Source of the DNA: Octopus vulgaris
Taxonomy: Eukaryota
Assembly: GCA_951406725.2 (NCBI GenBank)
Contig: OX597815.1
Location: 107,570,001-107,634,000 of the forward strand
DNA length: 64,000 bases
Reading direction: 5' to 3'
Numbering within the stretch: position 1 is the first letter of the stretch; the number at the start of each line of letters is the position of its first letter. The notes below the pieces were generated by a model, which did no database searches, was not told where the DNA came from, and saw only the letters and a list, made by a program, of their open reading frames with translations. The position numbers and the translations under genes were made by a program. Positions 39,891-53,864 of this stretch are shown here, piece by piece.

Positions 39891-41529
39891 AAATGATAAT
39901 TAAGATCTAAAAAAATATAAATGCCTATTGGCCGCAGAAACCTGTGATATACTGAGGAGTCTGTAATATAAATTTACATATATTAACCAGAAAAATCTAT
40001 GATGTGCTGAGTGCATTATGAGTTAACTACAATATGGTGAGTGATCACTGTATTTTCTTTTAAATATATGCTCTGATTACTCTTTTACAATATTTTTGTT
40101 TATAGTTATCCTTTATCTTTAAAAAAATTGGATAATAATTTGTGGGAATTGTCTGAAAGAATTGCCATCCATCTCATTTCAGGTAATATTTGATTCTAAT
40201 TGAGTAACTGAACCACAAGTGGTTTTGTTTGTAGGTGGAGGAGGAAGAGGAAGAGTATTACATTGAATGTATCAACACACTTGACTGATTTTTATTTCAT
40301 TGACCCCAAAAGGATGAAAAGCAAAGTTGATCCCTCTGGAATTTGAACTAAGAATGTAAAAGGATATAATTAAATGCAGTAAGTCATATTGTTTGATCTT
40401 TTTTTCTGATTTTACCAATCCACCATCCCAACATGTAACAGAATCTTTACCAGTGAGCTTATTTTATGAAACATATTCCTACTTCTATGAAATACCTTAA
40501 GGGAACGTACTAGACCACATTGTGATTTATTCAGCAATAATGGAATGTTTTGCCTTACTGCAACCTGCATTACAATAATGGAATTCCTAATTGTGATATC
40601 TACTATGCAATAGAAGAGTGCCATACTACAGCTCATAATAGCAGTATGTAAAACTGCAATCTGTGCAAAAATATTTAAAAGATCTATTCTCTAAAAGGAC
40701 TTATAGTGACAAGTTACTGAAATTTAGGTTAGAAGTTAAATGACTCAATCTCTGTTTCTGTGCATTTTGGGTAAGTTTAACATCCTAACAATGTGCCAGC
40801 TATCTAGCTATGTTATACAGAAGACTGAATTTGGCAGCAGACTTAGATTACAATATAAGATCTGCAGTCAAGTTACATCTCTGTACTGTAGCATATCATA
40901 TTGATTTGAGGCTATTACACAAAAGCTGATATGCTCTGCAACTGTTTTTGCTGTCATTTCTACACTGCATTAGTAAATGTATTGCTCTCAATTGTCATTT
41001 CCTATTTGAATATTTCATGCTAAAAGCTATTTGTTCGCTAAAAGTTATAGTTAAACATCTGAACTACTGAGGCAGAAAGCTCTTTAATTTGAAATTCTCA
41101 CATAAGTTATTCTTGTTTAGCACCAGGTGAGCCCTATACTGATTGATGATCAAAAGCATTTAACCAAATCCTTTTTGTTTTAAAAAAATAGTAGGGCATA
41201 GCTTCAAGAAAGAGAGAATTCAGTTGCTATTTCTAGTAGGTCAAGCAATCCCATTGAAGCACTTTATGTGTCCCTGCTTGGCCTCTCACAAGTATTATAT
41301 AATGGAGTCTTTTACATAAAGTAAATTGCTCTGTCTGTCTCTTATTGTGTATATAGCTGCAAAATAGTTATCTTAGTTAACAGCTGAGTTGTTTCGCATT
41401 GAAATTCTTACACGTTTTCAGAATTTGTCAAAATCATTCCAACCATGATAATATTGACAAATAGAAACAAATTTAACAAAACAAGTAAATAAAAAACAAG
41501 TAAACAGCTTGATATATAAATAAATAAGT

Positions 41530-41931
41530 ATTCTTTTATTCTTTTATCCTTTCATTTGCTTCAGTCATGTGACTGTGGTCATGCTGGAGCAACAGCTTAT
41601 GGGGGTTTTAGTTGAACAAATCAACCCTAGGACTTATTCTTTGTAAGCCTAGTACTTATTTTATTGGTCTCTTTGACTGAACTGCTAAGTTACAGGGACA
41701 CAAACACACCGACATTGGTTGTTAAGTGATAGTGGTGGGGACAAACACACACACACACACACACATATACAGAGTTTCTTTCAGTTTCCATTTCCTGAAT
41801 CCATTCACAAGGCTTTGGTTGGCCTGAGGGTATAGTTGAAGATACTTGCCCAAGGTGCCATGCAGTGGGACTGAACCTGGAACCATGTGGTTGGGAAGCA
41901 AGCTTCTTACAACACAGCTATGCCTGTGCCT
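41530..41931 (-). mobile_element. SINE family A
   Basis: Full family A body on the minus strand. Confidence 0.85.
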
Positions 41932-41940
41932 AATTTAATG

Positions 41941-41981
41941 TTCCCATGCTGGGAATCAAACCTGGACTGCCTGGGTGAAAG
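41941..41981 (-). pseudogene. 3' half of a tRNA-Glu(TTC)-like sequence
   Basis: Minus strand CTTTCACCCAGGCAGTCCAGGTTTGATTCCCAGCATGGGAA resembles the animal tRNA-Glu 3' half TTTCACCCAGGCGGCCCGGGTTCGA.TCCCGG.ATGGGAA; 5' half absent. Confidence 0.7.
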
Positions 41982-43084
41982 TATATAAATAAATATCAAT
42001 ATCTTTGGACATTTTTACATTGTTGAAGCAAGATTCGTTTGAAAATTATCATTTTGTAGGCTATTTACCTAATTTTCAGAGATGAAAAATTTGTAACATT
42101 CACAGAATGTATTGAGTGAACATGAACCAACTTTAGGTGGTCATAAATAGAAGGTGGCAATGTAATATTTCATGCCATGCACCAAATTGTAACTTTCACA
42201 TTTCTCTTTCAGACTTATTAACAGTATTACATAGCAGATTCTGATATGACTCTGTAAATGCAAGAGTACATCATGTTTGTGGTTCTAGTCACAAAGCACA
42301 GCTTCTTGAACATAGCTGGATCCTTCATGTTCCACATTGGGAAAGAGCTGTAGGCTAGGGGCAGGAATGTGTCATTTGTAGCTAAAAGAAAGAATTATTT
42401 TCAGTGGTCAGTTCAGGCTGGCTAAGTGTACGTAGCATATCCAGGATATCTTCGACAATAACCTTAGTGAGGGCCATCACTGAATCGCTCAAAGAGGTGG
42501 CTTTCACTATCAGATGTGTGATGCATGAGGACTCGTCCTAGGGAATGAGGAGAGTTCTTGTTTGTTTATATCCAGAAGGATTTTGTGATCATGAAAGCCC
42601 CAACATCATGTGGTTCCCCCCACCTTGGAGGTCAAATGATGTTGGGTTCTTGACTCTGGTGTAAGGGGAGGAACCAGCTGGTGGTCTCACAGTGTCAAAG
42701 ACACATTGGGAATTGCCATTATGGGGGTGGTGGGTGGCAAGGTTAGGGTCCACCTGATCTTGGTTATGCAGTTACTTCCATAGTTGTGTAAGGTGATCAG
42801 TGAGGCAGGGGGTGATTTTGCTAAATGGCCTTTCTCTTTGATGTACCTAGTTGAGTATAAGTCCTGTTATTCTAGGAGTTTGCAGTTATTTTTTTTTAGA
42901 TTTGACCCAACAGTAGTCCTAAAATTTCTTTCCTTATATACACATGCATACATACATTATATCCATCTATCTATCCATCTATCTATCCGTCTATCTATCT
43001 ATCTATCTATCTATCTATCCGTCTATCTATCTATCTATCCATCTATCCATCTATCTATCTATCTATTCATCTATCCATCTATCC

Positions 43085-43159
<75 letters not shown>

Positions 43160-43729
43160 CATCTATCCATCTATCTATATTATATATGTATCATCATCAT
43201 CGTCGTTTAACGTCCACCTTCCATGCTGGCATGGGTGGGACAAAATATCTGAAAGAGAATTTGGAAGTCACGATGGAAATATTTTTGATTATAGGTCTGG
43301 TCACTTATTGTTGACCAAAGGCTAAACAACAATAACCACAATGACAACGATGACGAATTTCCCTTGTTGTTGTGATGATGATGATGATGGTATGGACAGA
43401 GATGGCAGTAATTGCATTAACTGTGAATATAGGAATAAAATAGTGATGGTGGTGGTGATTGTTATTATTTAGTCACAGGCCAGCTCTGTTTAAAAGCATT
43501 CCAACCATGACCTTTATATTTATTTCAACTACATAAGACCCTACATAGGTTTTTTTCTTTCCTATGACAGCAACATGTCATTCAAGGGAGACTCAGCTGC
43601 TATTTCAAACAAATTGAGAGACCATATTGAGGCTTGCTTGTTGGCTTGTGGTGGTGGTAGTGGTGGGAGTAGTGATAACCATGTTAGTGGTTGGTGCAGG
43701 TTGTGGTGCAAATGGTTTTCATAATGACT

Positions 43730-43880
43730 GTTGATGATGAAGGCAATGGTGATTTTGATGAAAATGATGATGATAACGACGACAGTGATGAGGAAGATGA
43801 AGGTGAGGACGGTGACGACAACGACGATGATGATAATGATGACGATAATGATGGTGATGAAAGCAAAGATAATGATGATG
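43730..43880. repeat. (GAT/GAC)n low-complexity tract
   Basis: Direct inspection. Confidence 0.85.
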
Positions 43881-45244
43881 GTTGTTTTGCTGTTGGTGTT
43901 GGCTATGCTATTGATGCTAATCACTCTAAATAAGTGTAGTCTGTACAATAAAGATAACGAATGCCTAGTAAATAATGTCTCTCACTCTTTCTATCTCCCT
44001 CATCTTCTCTCTTTTACACTTTCTCTCTCTCATTCTCAATCAGATAAATGAAATGAAAATAGAAATGTCAGATCGTAGTGTTATAACTTAAAATTATTGA
44101 AAGAAATAAAAGAAAGATAATGCAATAACAACAACAAAAAGATAAAAGGAAATAAAGATACTGGTGAATGACATGTGAGAAAATCTAGTTTATATGCTAG
44201 ACTTGTGTTAGTAACTCTTGGGGAGAGACATTGTCAAAATGTGCAAGACAGGAGGTCAGTTCCAGAGCTTTTGATAAAGTGCAATGTCATAACCTTTTCT
44301 TAAAATGTACTTATTCTTCTACAGATGAGTATAATTTACTTAGCTCTTCTATACATCGCAGTGTCTTAAATTCACTAACATTCAGCCTGGCCTAATGTTA
44401 TTATAAATTGGTTGAGTCTGATGAAAGTTTTCCATTACTCAAAGAAAGAATCTTTATGAATGATACTTTTCACAATCTAAGAACAACTGGAATTATGATT
44501 TTCGAACTAATATTTTGATTATGGATTAAGTTACAAGTATAGAAAGACTACAAAAGGACAAAAGAGGTGATTGTGTACCATCAAGGAATAGACAGAAGAG
44601 AAAGAGTGGAAAACTTGAGGTTGGCTGGTATGAGAGAAAGATGGAGAGGAAATAGTGTTTTTGGTTTTGAGCCTATGGTTTCCCTAGGTTATGGATCTTT
44701 ATTGAAGGTTTAAGTTAGAAAACCTCCTCCTCCTCCCCCCTCCCCATCAACCACCACTGTCTCTTCCTCCAGGCCCAAGAAATGAAAATACATATAAGCA
44801 TATGTGTGCATGTGTATAGGTATAAATGTATACACACATGTTGCTCATGCATATCCATAAAGTTATAGACACAGCAACCCATACACACACATACATATGC
44901 ACACCACAGCTTTATACACACACATGCTTGTTCATACACACACATATGCCATCGTCTTCTTTGCCACCCACACCCCAAATCAGCTTCACAGATGTCTCCC
45001 TTGCTACTTATGCCTCTAGTACCCCCTTCCTCTTCCAGTATGCAGTGACTATCATAATTGAAACACGTTTGTTCTTTTCTCTCTTCACTTTTTCTATCCT
45101 CATCTATTATTTCTGTAGAAGAGCATATGCTTGAAATATAAAAGACTCCTAATTTTCCTGAACATAACCCTAGTATTCCTTATTTGTTTATTTTTTACTT
45201 CATCTTCAGGATTTTCTTTTTGTTTGTATCATGTATATATATAC

Positions 45245-45625
45245 TCTTACTCTCTTTACTCTTTTATTTGTTTCAGTCATTTGACTGTGGCCATGCTGGA
45301 GCACTGCCTAAGTTGAGTGAATCGACCCCAGGACTTATTCTTTGTAAGCCTAGTACTTATTCTATCGGTCTCTTTTGCCAAACCACTAAGTTATGGGGAC
45401 GTAAACACACAGTTGTCAAGTGATGTTGGGGGGACAAACACAGACACACAAACACACATACACATATATACATACATACAATGGGCTTCTTTCCAGTTTC
45501 CGTCTACCAAATCCACTCACAAGGCTTTGGTCGGCCTGAGGCTATAGTAGAAGACACTCGCCCAAGGTGCCATGCTGTGGGATTGAACTTGGAACCATGT
45601 GGTTGGTAAGCACGCTATTTACCAT
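45245..45625 (-). mobile_element. SINE family A
   Basis: Full family A body on the minus strand. Confidence 0.88.
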
Positions 45626-45638
45626 ATATATATATGTA

Positions 45639-45682
<44 letters not shown>

Positions 45683-46095
45683 AATATAACATGTATCTCT
45701 CTTTTCATGCTCTCACTTGCTCTCCCTCTTTAAATATGTGTGTGTGTGTGCATATGTATGTATGATGTATATAAGTAGAAAAGATGGACAATTAAACAAA
45801 AGTGAGCATAAGAAGTGTATTCACATGAAAGGTTGCATGTACAAGTAAATAAATTCATGAATGATGTAATCAGGTCTTATCTTTACAGCTGTTTCAGGTC
45901 ACCAATAACTGGTGCCATTACAATCTGTATTATGCAAAGAGGTCTCAATAATATTGTAGGTGGTTGGACTATTGCAGTCAGTATTTTGAGAGATTTGTAA
46001 TATAAAATCATGTTATTCTCATAATCAGATTATACAAAAAAGTACATATGTAATATACATGGCTACAGCATTAATGGTGTGAATACTTGGTTGGG

Positions 46096-46139
<44 letters not shown>

Positions 46140-47469
46140 CTGTGTATTTTGTATATATTTACTGTACAATTACTATAGAATATCTTCTGGAATGTCTTAC
46201 AATAGCATAGAGCACTGCAGCAACAGTGCTCTAAAACAGACACACACACACACACATCTTCAGAATTGAGGACAGTTCTACTGTCATGTTATGTGAGACA
46301 CTGTGTTACAAGGGTTAGCACATCCAGGCATCGATGTGCTAACCTTTGACCCCCACGAAAGTCAATACCAAATCCTACACTCTGAACAGAAAATTTCTGC
46401 ACTTGACAATCAGAATATAAAACAAACTTTCACCTTTACATGAGCCATCTTAGGTTGCAAGGGAAAAGACTTCAAACACTGAGTGTAAAAATACCTTTTG
46501 TTAATCTTATCATAAGAGATACAGTAACCCAGTGACTGGTTCATTGAAGATAGAGAGCTGTTGTCAAGTACAAACTGTGAAACTGTTACCAAGTACAAAA
46601 ATTACACAGCAACAAAATCAGCTGCAGTATCAACAGCAACAACAACAACCCTATTAACAGCACTGTCTATAGTGCAACAAAGAGTAAACAAATTCCATCT
46701 AATTAGTAAATTAGAGCGTTCTCTTCATCTGGTGTTTGTTTATTATTATCATCATCATCATCATCATAGCACCATTTTATTAATTATTTCTTTAGGTTTA
46801 AATATTTTCTTCTATATTAGATTAATCTTTTTCTCATCCTCATTGCAATTACTTAATAATATTCTATATATACACTATATATGTATATATGTGTGTTTGT
46901 GTGAGTGTGTGTTTGTATGTGTGTATGTATGTATGTGGAGTATGATAAAAATGAGGGATGGATGCTGTTTGGAATATTGCAGAAGATGAGGTGATATGGT
47001 GTGGTATATAGTAACAGGTTCTACTTTCGTTTCTAAGGATGATGATAATACAGTAGATAGGAGAGTAATGGAAGGACAAGAGACAGAATGAAGTGTTTGA
47101 GATTAAAGGTTGGGATTTAAGAGATTGATACCAAAAATGTATGCACGTGGGTCATCAATTATAAAAAGAATAAGGGATATCAATAGAAAGTGGCTCAGAG
47201 GAGAGTCCTCTTGAGTACTGCTTTTCACTAATCATTTCAATTCCTTATCATCTCTTCCATGACCCTCAGCATGGAAGAGATCAGCCATTATCACCTCATC
47301 CCAAATTTCCCTGAGTCTTTGTCTTCCACAGATTCTATCTACTGTGGGCGACTGGCGCTATTTTATACATCACTTTCTCATACCACTGCAGTGTTCTTTC
47401 TATTCCACTTATGCCCAGTTTTTCTCTCACTCAATATATTTGTGCTCCATCGATCATGTACGTTAACTC

Positions 47470-48580
47470 TATGCAAACAGTAGAGCATGCTTTCTTTCTT
47501 TCTAGGTCCTCCTCCACAATGTAGTTCACACACAAGCACCATACACTTTGTCTTTCACCCGGAAATAGAAACCTTTTTGTTACCTACAGAAATAACAGAT
47601 CCCTGAATTTTACCCCAGTTTCTTCTTTCTCTGACTACTATACTTTGAGAGCATCCACCATCACTGCTGATTATGTCACTGAGATAACAGAAGCTACCAA
47701 CTATTTCTAGGTATCCCCTTGGGTATTTAAGAGCATCTATTTCTTATGAATCTTCCACATTCAAAGTTCCCCTTCTCTGATAATCTGACTATAATTCCAC
47801 TGCACCACTTGTGTGTCCATAGTTTGCATTGGGTACACCATATCAAATTTCTCTCTATTGCTTCTCTACATATCAAGTAGGACCATTTCCTGAATGGTAA
47901 TATAGAGTCCTGTCTGTTTTCCTACTCACAAAGACTTTAGTCTTTGGTAAGTTAATTTTGACATTCTTTGCTTCCATGTTTGGAATTTCTTTTCTAACTC
48001 TACTTCTGATTCCATTATAACAGCTAAAATTATTTCCATAAAGGAGTTCCCACTGGCATCTAGTCTTAAACTCCCCCTTTATAGCCTGGAGAATCATGAT
48101 AAATAGAAATGGGTTGAGCACTGAGTCCTAATTGACTCCTACTTGCACACTAAATTTGTCACTGTACTTATTGCTAACTCTCCTCTTGTTGAGAGTTAGC
48201 AATGACTATAGTTTCTAACTTCCATCTTATATGGCTTGTATGCTCTCATTAGCTTCCTCAGTGATCCCTAAACCACCAAGCAAAGAATTCTGTTAAAAAG
48301 CTTTCTCCAGGTCAACAAAGTGATAAAAGAGGTTTACTTTAGCCAAGTACTTCTCCTGCAGTTGTTACATTAGGAAAAGGGCATCAGTAGTTCTTTAGAA
48401 CCTCTAACTGGTACAAACCCAAACTACTTCTCATCTTGGTTAACTATCTCCTTGATCAATTGAGCTATAACTCTTTCTGTGACCTTCATGACCTGGTCCA
48501 GCAATCTGATATCCTTGTAATTACCTCTCTAAGGCAAACTCCTTTGCTTTTGTAATAGTTGACTATAATGCTGCGTTGCC
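47470..48580 (-). pseudogene. Old RTE family B RT fragment
   Basis: LLDQVMKVTERVIAQLI, FGFVP, LNPFLFIMILQAIKGEFKTRCQWELLYGNN (YADD decayed), NLPKTKV. Confidence 0.8.
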
Positions 48581-48974
48581 AGCAGCTAAAATATTTCATT
48601 CATTTCTAATCTTACTTCCTGTGTTATTGTATTTACAATAATTTGATTTACATATTATTGCTGATTTGTATTGAAAAATCTTTTAAGCTTTTAATAACTT
48701 TCTTCTTCTGCCAGACATTCTTGTTCACTGAAGTCAATTCAGTAAAATATTCTTTGATATTTCATCATTAAAATTCTCTATCTATTGAACACTACTTATC
48801 AATTTATCCTCCTTTTTCTCACTCATCCATCTATCCATCCATCCATCAATCCATTCATACATCTGTCCATGCATCCAGCCATCCATCCAGGCATCCATCC
48901 ATGCATCCGTCCATCCATCCACCCACCCATCCATCCATCCATCTTTTTAAACACATACCTCCTCCACCTTGTAG

Positions 48975-49439
48975 TTGGAGCACTGCCTTAAAGTGTTTCA
49001 GTCAAACAAATCGACCCCAGGACCTTTTCTTTGTAAGCCTAATACTCATTCTATCGGTCTCTTTTGCTGAACCATTAAGTTACGGGTATGTAAACACACT
49101 AATATCAGTTGTCAAATGATGGTCGGGGGACAAACACAGACACAAAGACACACACTCATAAATATATATATATCTTCTTTTATTCTTTTACTCTTTTATT
49201 TGTTTTTGTAATTTGACTGTCGCCATGCTGAAGCACCACCATTGCATAGTTGAGCAAACTGACCCCAGAACTTATTCTTTGTAAGCCTAGTACTCATTCT
49301 ATCAGTCTCCTTTGCCGAACCGCTAGGTTGCGGGTACGTAAACATACAAGCATCCGTTGTCAAGCAATGTTAGGGGAACAAATACAGACGCACACACATG
49401 CATATACATATACATACCTACATACATACATACATACAT

Positions 49440-49484
<45 letters not shown>

Positions 49485-49978
49485 ATGGGCTTCTTTCAGC
49501 TTCCGTCTACCAAATCCACTCACAAGGCTTTCATCAGCCCGAGGCTATAGCAAAAGACACCTACCCACGATGCCATGCAGTGGCACTGAACCCAGAATCA
49601 TGTGTTTGGTAAGCAAGCTACTTACCACATTGTCACTCACTCCTGTGCCTACATATGTGTGTGTATATATGCACCATATTTATGTGTATATACATTTTTG
49701 TGTGTGTCTTTATGTCTGAAAGAAGCCCATCATATATATGTATATACCTATGTGTGTGATTGTGTTTGTCCCCACCTTAATGCTTGACAACCACTATTGA
49801 TGTGTTTACATTCCTGTAACTTAGCGGTTCAGCAAAAGCAACCAATAGAATAAGTATCGGTCTTTAAAGAAGAAATAAGTACTGGGATCAATTCATTCAA
49901 CTAAAATTCTTCAAGGCAGTGCTCCAGCATGGCCGCAGTCTGATGGCTGAAACAAGTAAAGGGTAAAAGATAAAAGAG
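48975..49978. mobile_element. Cluster of three SINE family A pieces (minus, minus, plus)
   Basis: About 48975-49145 (-), 49175-49650 (-) and 49715-49978 (+). Confidence 0.8.
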
Positions 49979-51199
49979 AGAACTAAAATTTTTGAACACG
50001 TATACAGTCAGCCATCAGCCAGTGCAAACATGGTTCAAGTCTCGTCAGCTGACCTGCTGTCTCACTTTTATGCTTATAACGTTCAATGTAAAATATTTAA
50101 TGTAAACAATATTAAACATTAATTTTAACTTTGTAAATATCAATTTCACATCAAAAGAAATATACTATAGATATTATTGAAACCAAATATCTTTTGTTTG
50201 CTAGGTAACCACATACTTTGTAAATCTCTCACTTTCACTTAGAATGTGTCTCCCAACCTTTCTCAAAGGTATGCCTGCTGTTGAATGAACTTTTAGCTCC
50301 CTTCATATACAATCATCTTGTATTGATAATCCATTAACCAGGTCGCCATGTGCAGTATTTGATATCTTTTTCTAATATCTGATATAGAAGAAATAAATAT
50401 TTATTTGTGTGCCTGAGGACAGAAAAACGTTTAAAGTGTATCTTGTCTTATTTTTATCTTTTACTCGTTTCAGTCATTAGACTGCGGCCATGCTGGAGCA
50501 TCACATTGAAGAATTTTTAGTCAAATGTTTTGACCCCAGAATTTATTTCACTGCCACAAATTAACTCCCATGAACAGTACTGCAAATCACCAATCCTCAA
50601 CGCTTCTCCATGCCTGTCTGCCTGCATATTTTCACCCCTTGTGCTTGACCACACAAGTACATGTGGGCATGCATGCATGTGCTTGACTGTGCATATGCAT
50701 GTCCATGCACATGTGCTCCCATGTTTGTTCATATATGTACACATACACACTTACATATGCTCAGGTGCATATGTACATGGAGATAAAGGTGGGCACATGC
50801 GTGTGTGTCCCTGTGTGTGTGTATGTGTGTGCATATGTATATGTGTGTATGTATCTCTGTGCATGTGTGCCTGTGTGTATGTCTGAATGTACATATAATC
50901 ACACGTACACACTTGTATGAGTACGGATATATACACACAGATATATGGGCATGTACATATATACATCAAACCTCTATACCATGTGACCTTTCTTGACCAG
51001 TCACCAGCTAACATCCAGTAGTAAACATTGACTCTCTTCAATGGAACTCTCATTCAGACCCCAATGGCTGAAGACTAACGCCACATATATGGGAGCATAT
51101 GTGTGTTGATGTATGTATAGCTGGATATTTATTTTCTTTCTGTCAGTCTCTTTCCACTTTTCTGGAAGTTATCAATTGTGGTCAGACTTATGAAGGAGT

Positions 51200-51538
51200 G
51201 GGCTCTTTTAGCTATAAAAAGTATCTGAGATATGCTTCTTTGTCTGCTTCCTCCATCACATAGGACTGTTGCAGCCTTTAATCAATCTCCATCAATGTTG
51301 TGTTTAGGTGGGACCATTTGCTACTTTTGGGATGTTGGTTGAGTTGATTTGCAACCTTCGTCCGTCGTCTCATGAGGATCTTCCTCTCCCTTGGAATCTT
51401 GTTCCTATTTGTTTTGGCCTTGTGCTCTGGGACATATTTCTGGCATATGGCTTGCACAACAGACATGAAACATTCAAGTTTCATGTCAATGTCAGGTGTG
51501 GAGAGACATTTTGGCCAGTCCTCTCTGAGGAGAACTGA
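51200..51538 (-). pseudogene. LINE ORF2 fragment (endonuclease-RT linker)
   Basis: EDWPKCLSTPDIDMKLECFMSVVQAICQKYVP...NKIPRERKILMRRR resembles the CR1/L2/Jockey-type linker. Confidence 0.55.
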
Positions 51539-51694
51539 AATTATATATATATATATATATATATAAACAATTGCATGTGCACATATACAGATCAAAACAG
51601 TTTGATTCAGACTCCTAGTTACTCTGAGTTTCAAGTGTGTTTTGAGAGCAGAGTTAAGACAATTGAAAGGAAGTGACAAAGAATATAGGTATAC

Positions 51695-51763
51695 TTATCC
51701 TGATGAAATTTAATGAATTGGGTAAGGTAACTGGAATCAAGTACAAATCGAAATGGTGAGAGT
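51695..51763 (+). ncRNA. Degenerate hammerhead motif
   Basis: CTGATGA-AATTT...AAATC-GAAA-TGGTGAGAG followed by TTAAATAAAG; stems I and III eroded. Confidence 0.4.
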
Positions 51764-53864
51764 TAAATAAAGTCATGAAAGTTTCAAAAGTTCCAGGGTG
51801 TCTCTCTGACATAGAACACCGTTCTTTTTATTACTTGCGTTCACTCTCAACACTGGTTTGTTCCAATTTACATATGCACAATTTTGTTCTTCCACCAAAA
51901 GATACTTTGAAAATTATGTACACACACATGCATACACACACACACATGCGCAAACACATACATGCACCCACCATCACCATTGTACATGCATACAACCTTG
52001 CAATGTCTTCCTACACTTGATCCTCAACACATTTATTTGCAAACAAACTCATTTACACACACTGCCTGTTAATACATACGCACATGCACACACACACACA
52101 CACACATGCACATTGATATCACCATGCACTTACACCAATTAATGTCACCAAATTTACACATACACATTTATGCACATACAATATAATAAACTTCTGCAGA
52201 CAAGCATTGTTTCAATACATTTGCTACCAAGAGTGCACACACACTTTGACACATGCAACTACTACAAACACACCCATGCCTACATCAACACTCTCCACAT
52301 GCACACACATAGATAGCTGCATGTATGCATATATGCTTAAGTTCATAACTCCATTTGAAATAGATATAATTAAAGAAATACGATTAAAATTTTGAATTTG
52401 TGAATGATAATAAAATTAAATTCTTATCTAATTGGAAAAGAAACAAGAAGTAATTTCAAAGAAACTATTAAGACTGATTAATTAATCTAAAGAAATATGC
52501 AATATGTGTGTGTATGTTTGTGTGTGTGTATGTGTGTATTGTGTGTATGTGTGTGCATGCATGCATATGATGCTCTACACACATGTGTGTATATGTATAC
52601 ATACACAAACACACACACACACAAACGCATATGTGTAAGCAACAAACCTGCCTATTTCTTCACCTCTGTTGTTTACTGGAAGAACAAATTCAATAAATTT
52701 CTTTATTACACCATTTTCAGAATTTGCACTCATTATTGTTTAGACTTCAGAACAATAAATTCTTTATTATAAATATTACCATTATCCACCTTGACATTGC
52801 AAAGGGTGTCAGGAGGAGGATTTTAAATTCATCCTCAAATAAAGATGTTGATGTAGTGGCCCCCCTATTACAATGAGGCTATTGTAGCCTGTAGCTTTAA
52901 GGACGACATCATCTATATGCTTAAACCTAACACCAACAAAATAAAACATGGCCTCTTGTTTGCTCTACTTTTCTCACTCATCTTGTAAATTCTTACAAGA
53001 AAAGTCTTTCTTCCATTAGTAGATAATTATTTCAGTCTAACTTATCTTGGTGATTATTCAAGACTCAATGTAAAGGTCTTGTTCAGCTGTGCATCTAGTA
53101 TCAGAAAGATATTAGTGAACATCCCAGGAAACTCATCTAGAGTGTGCAATGAGTGCCCATTTAATAGTCGATTCAACACTGAGGTCATGTTCTATGAAGA
53201 AGTGATGATATCCAACAACAGTAACAACAGAGGAACACATATACAAAAATATGATTGACAGGAAGCCCCTCTAAGGCCATGCTAAATAAACACAGGTTCT
53301 CTTATAGGGTCTAAGAGAGGCTCAACATTACAACATCAACCAATTACATATGGCAATAAAAACAGAAAGGACACCATGCAAATTAACTGGCAACTGCTAG
53401 AATAGCCTTAGCCATCCTTCAATAGAAGCAAAAGCTTTAAACTTCATTTAATTGAGGGGAAAATAATCCTAAAAAATCACACAATCTGTGTGCATCCTTG
53501 AACTGAAAAAGTGAAATTTTCAGTTACTTCTCTCATGATAGAAAGTTCATTTTTTAAAAGTGGTCTTCCTCTTTTGCAGACAGAGAAACAAGAAAAAAAT
53601 TTACTCAAGCACAGCTGCCCATCATTGGCCATGATTTGAATTGTACAATTGGAGGTAACTCTTCTTTTCTTCTCAGGAAATTTTGTTTTTCTTTTTGTTC
53701 TTTTACCCCAATATACTAAGATTATATATTTACCTCCAGTATTAAAGAGGCTATGAGCTTCCAGCCAGCATGTCTCATGAGCCATTAGTATTGCCAAGTG
53801 ACTTAGTAGACACAAAACCAATGATAACTTTCTGACCAGTTATATGCCATAATTACTATATATA

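Noticed and set aside
42230-42880. Higher-complexity stretch that may be a decayed retroelement or an exon
   Set aside because: No diagnostic motif could be read in any frame
45880-45920. GAAACAGCTGTA plus a hairpin on the minus strand
   Set aside because: No CTGANGA half found, so not counted as a hammerhead
52800-53821. ORF 53477-53821 and a possible GIY-YIG remnant nearby
   Set aside because: No convincing domain signature or splice structure
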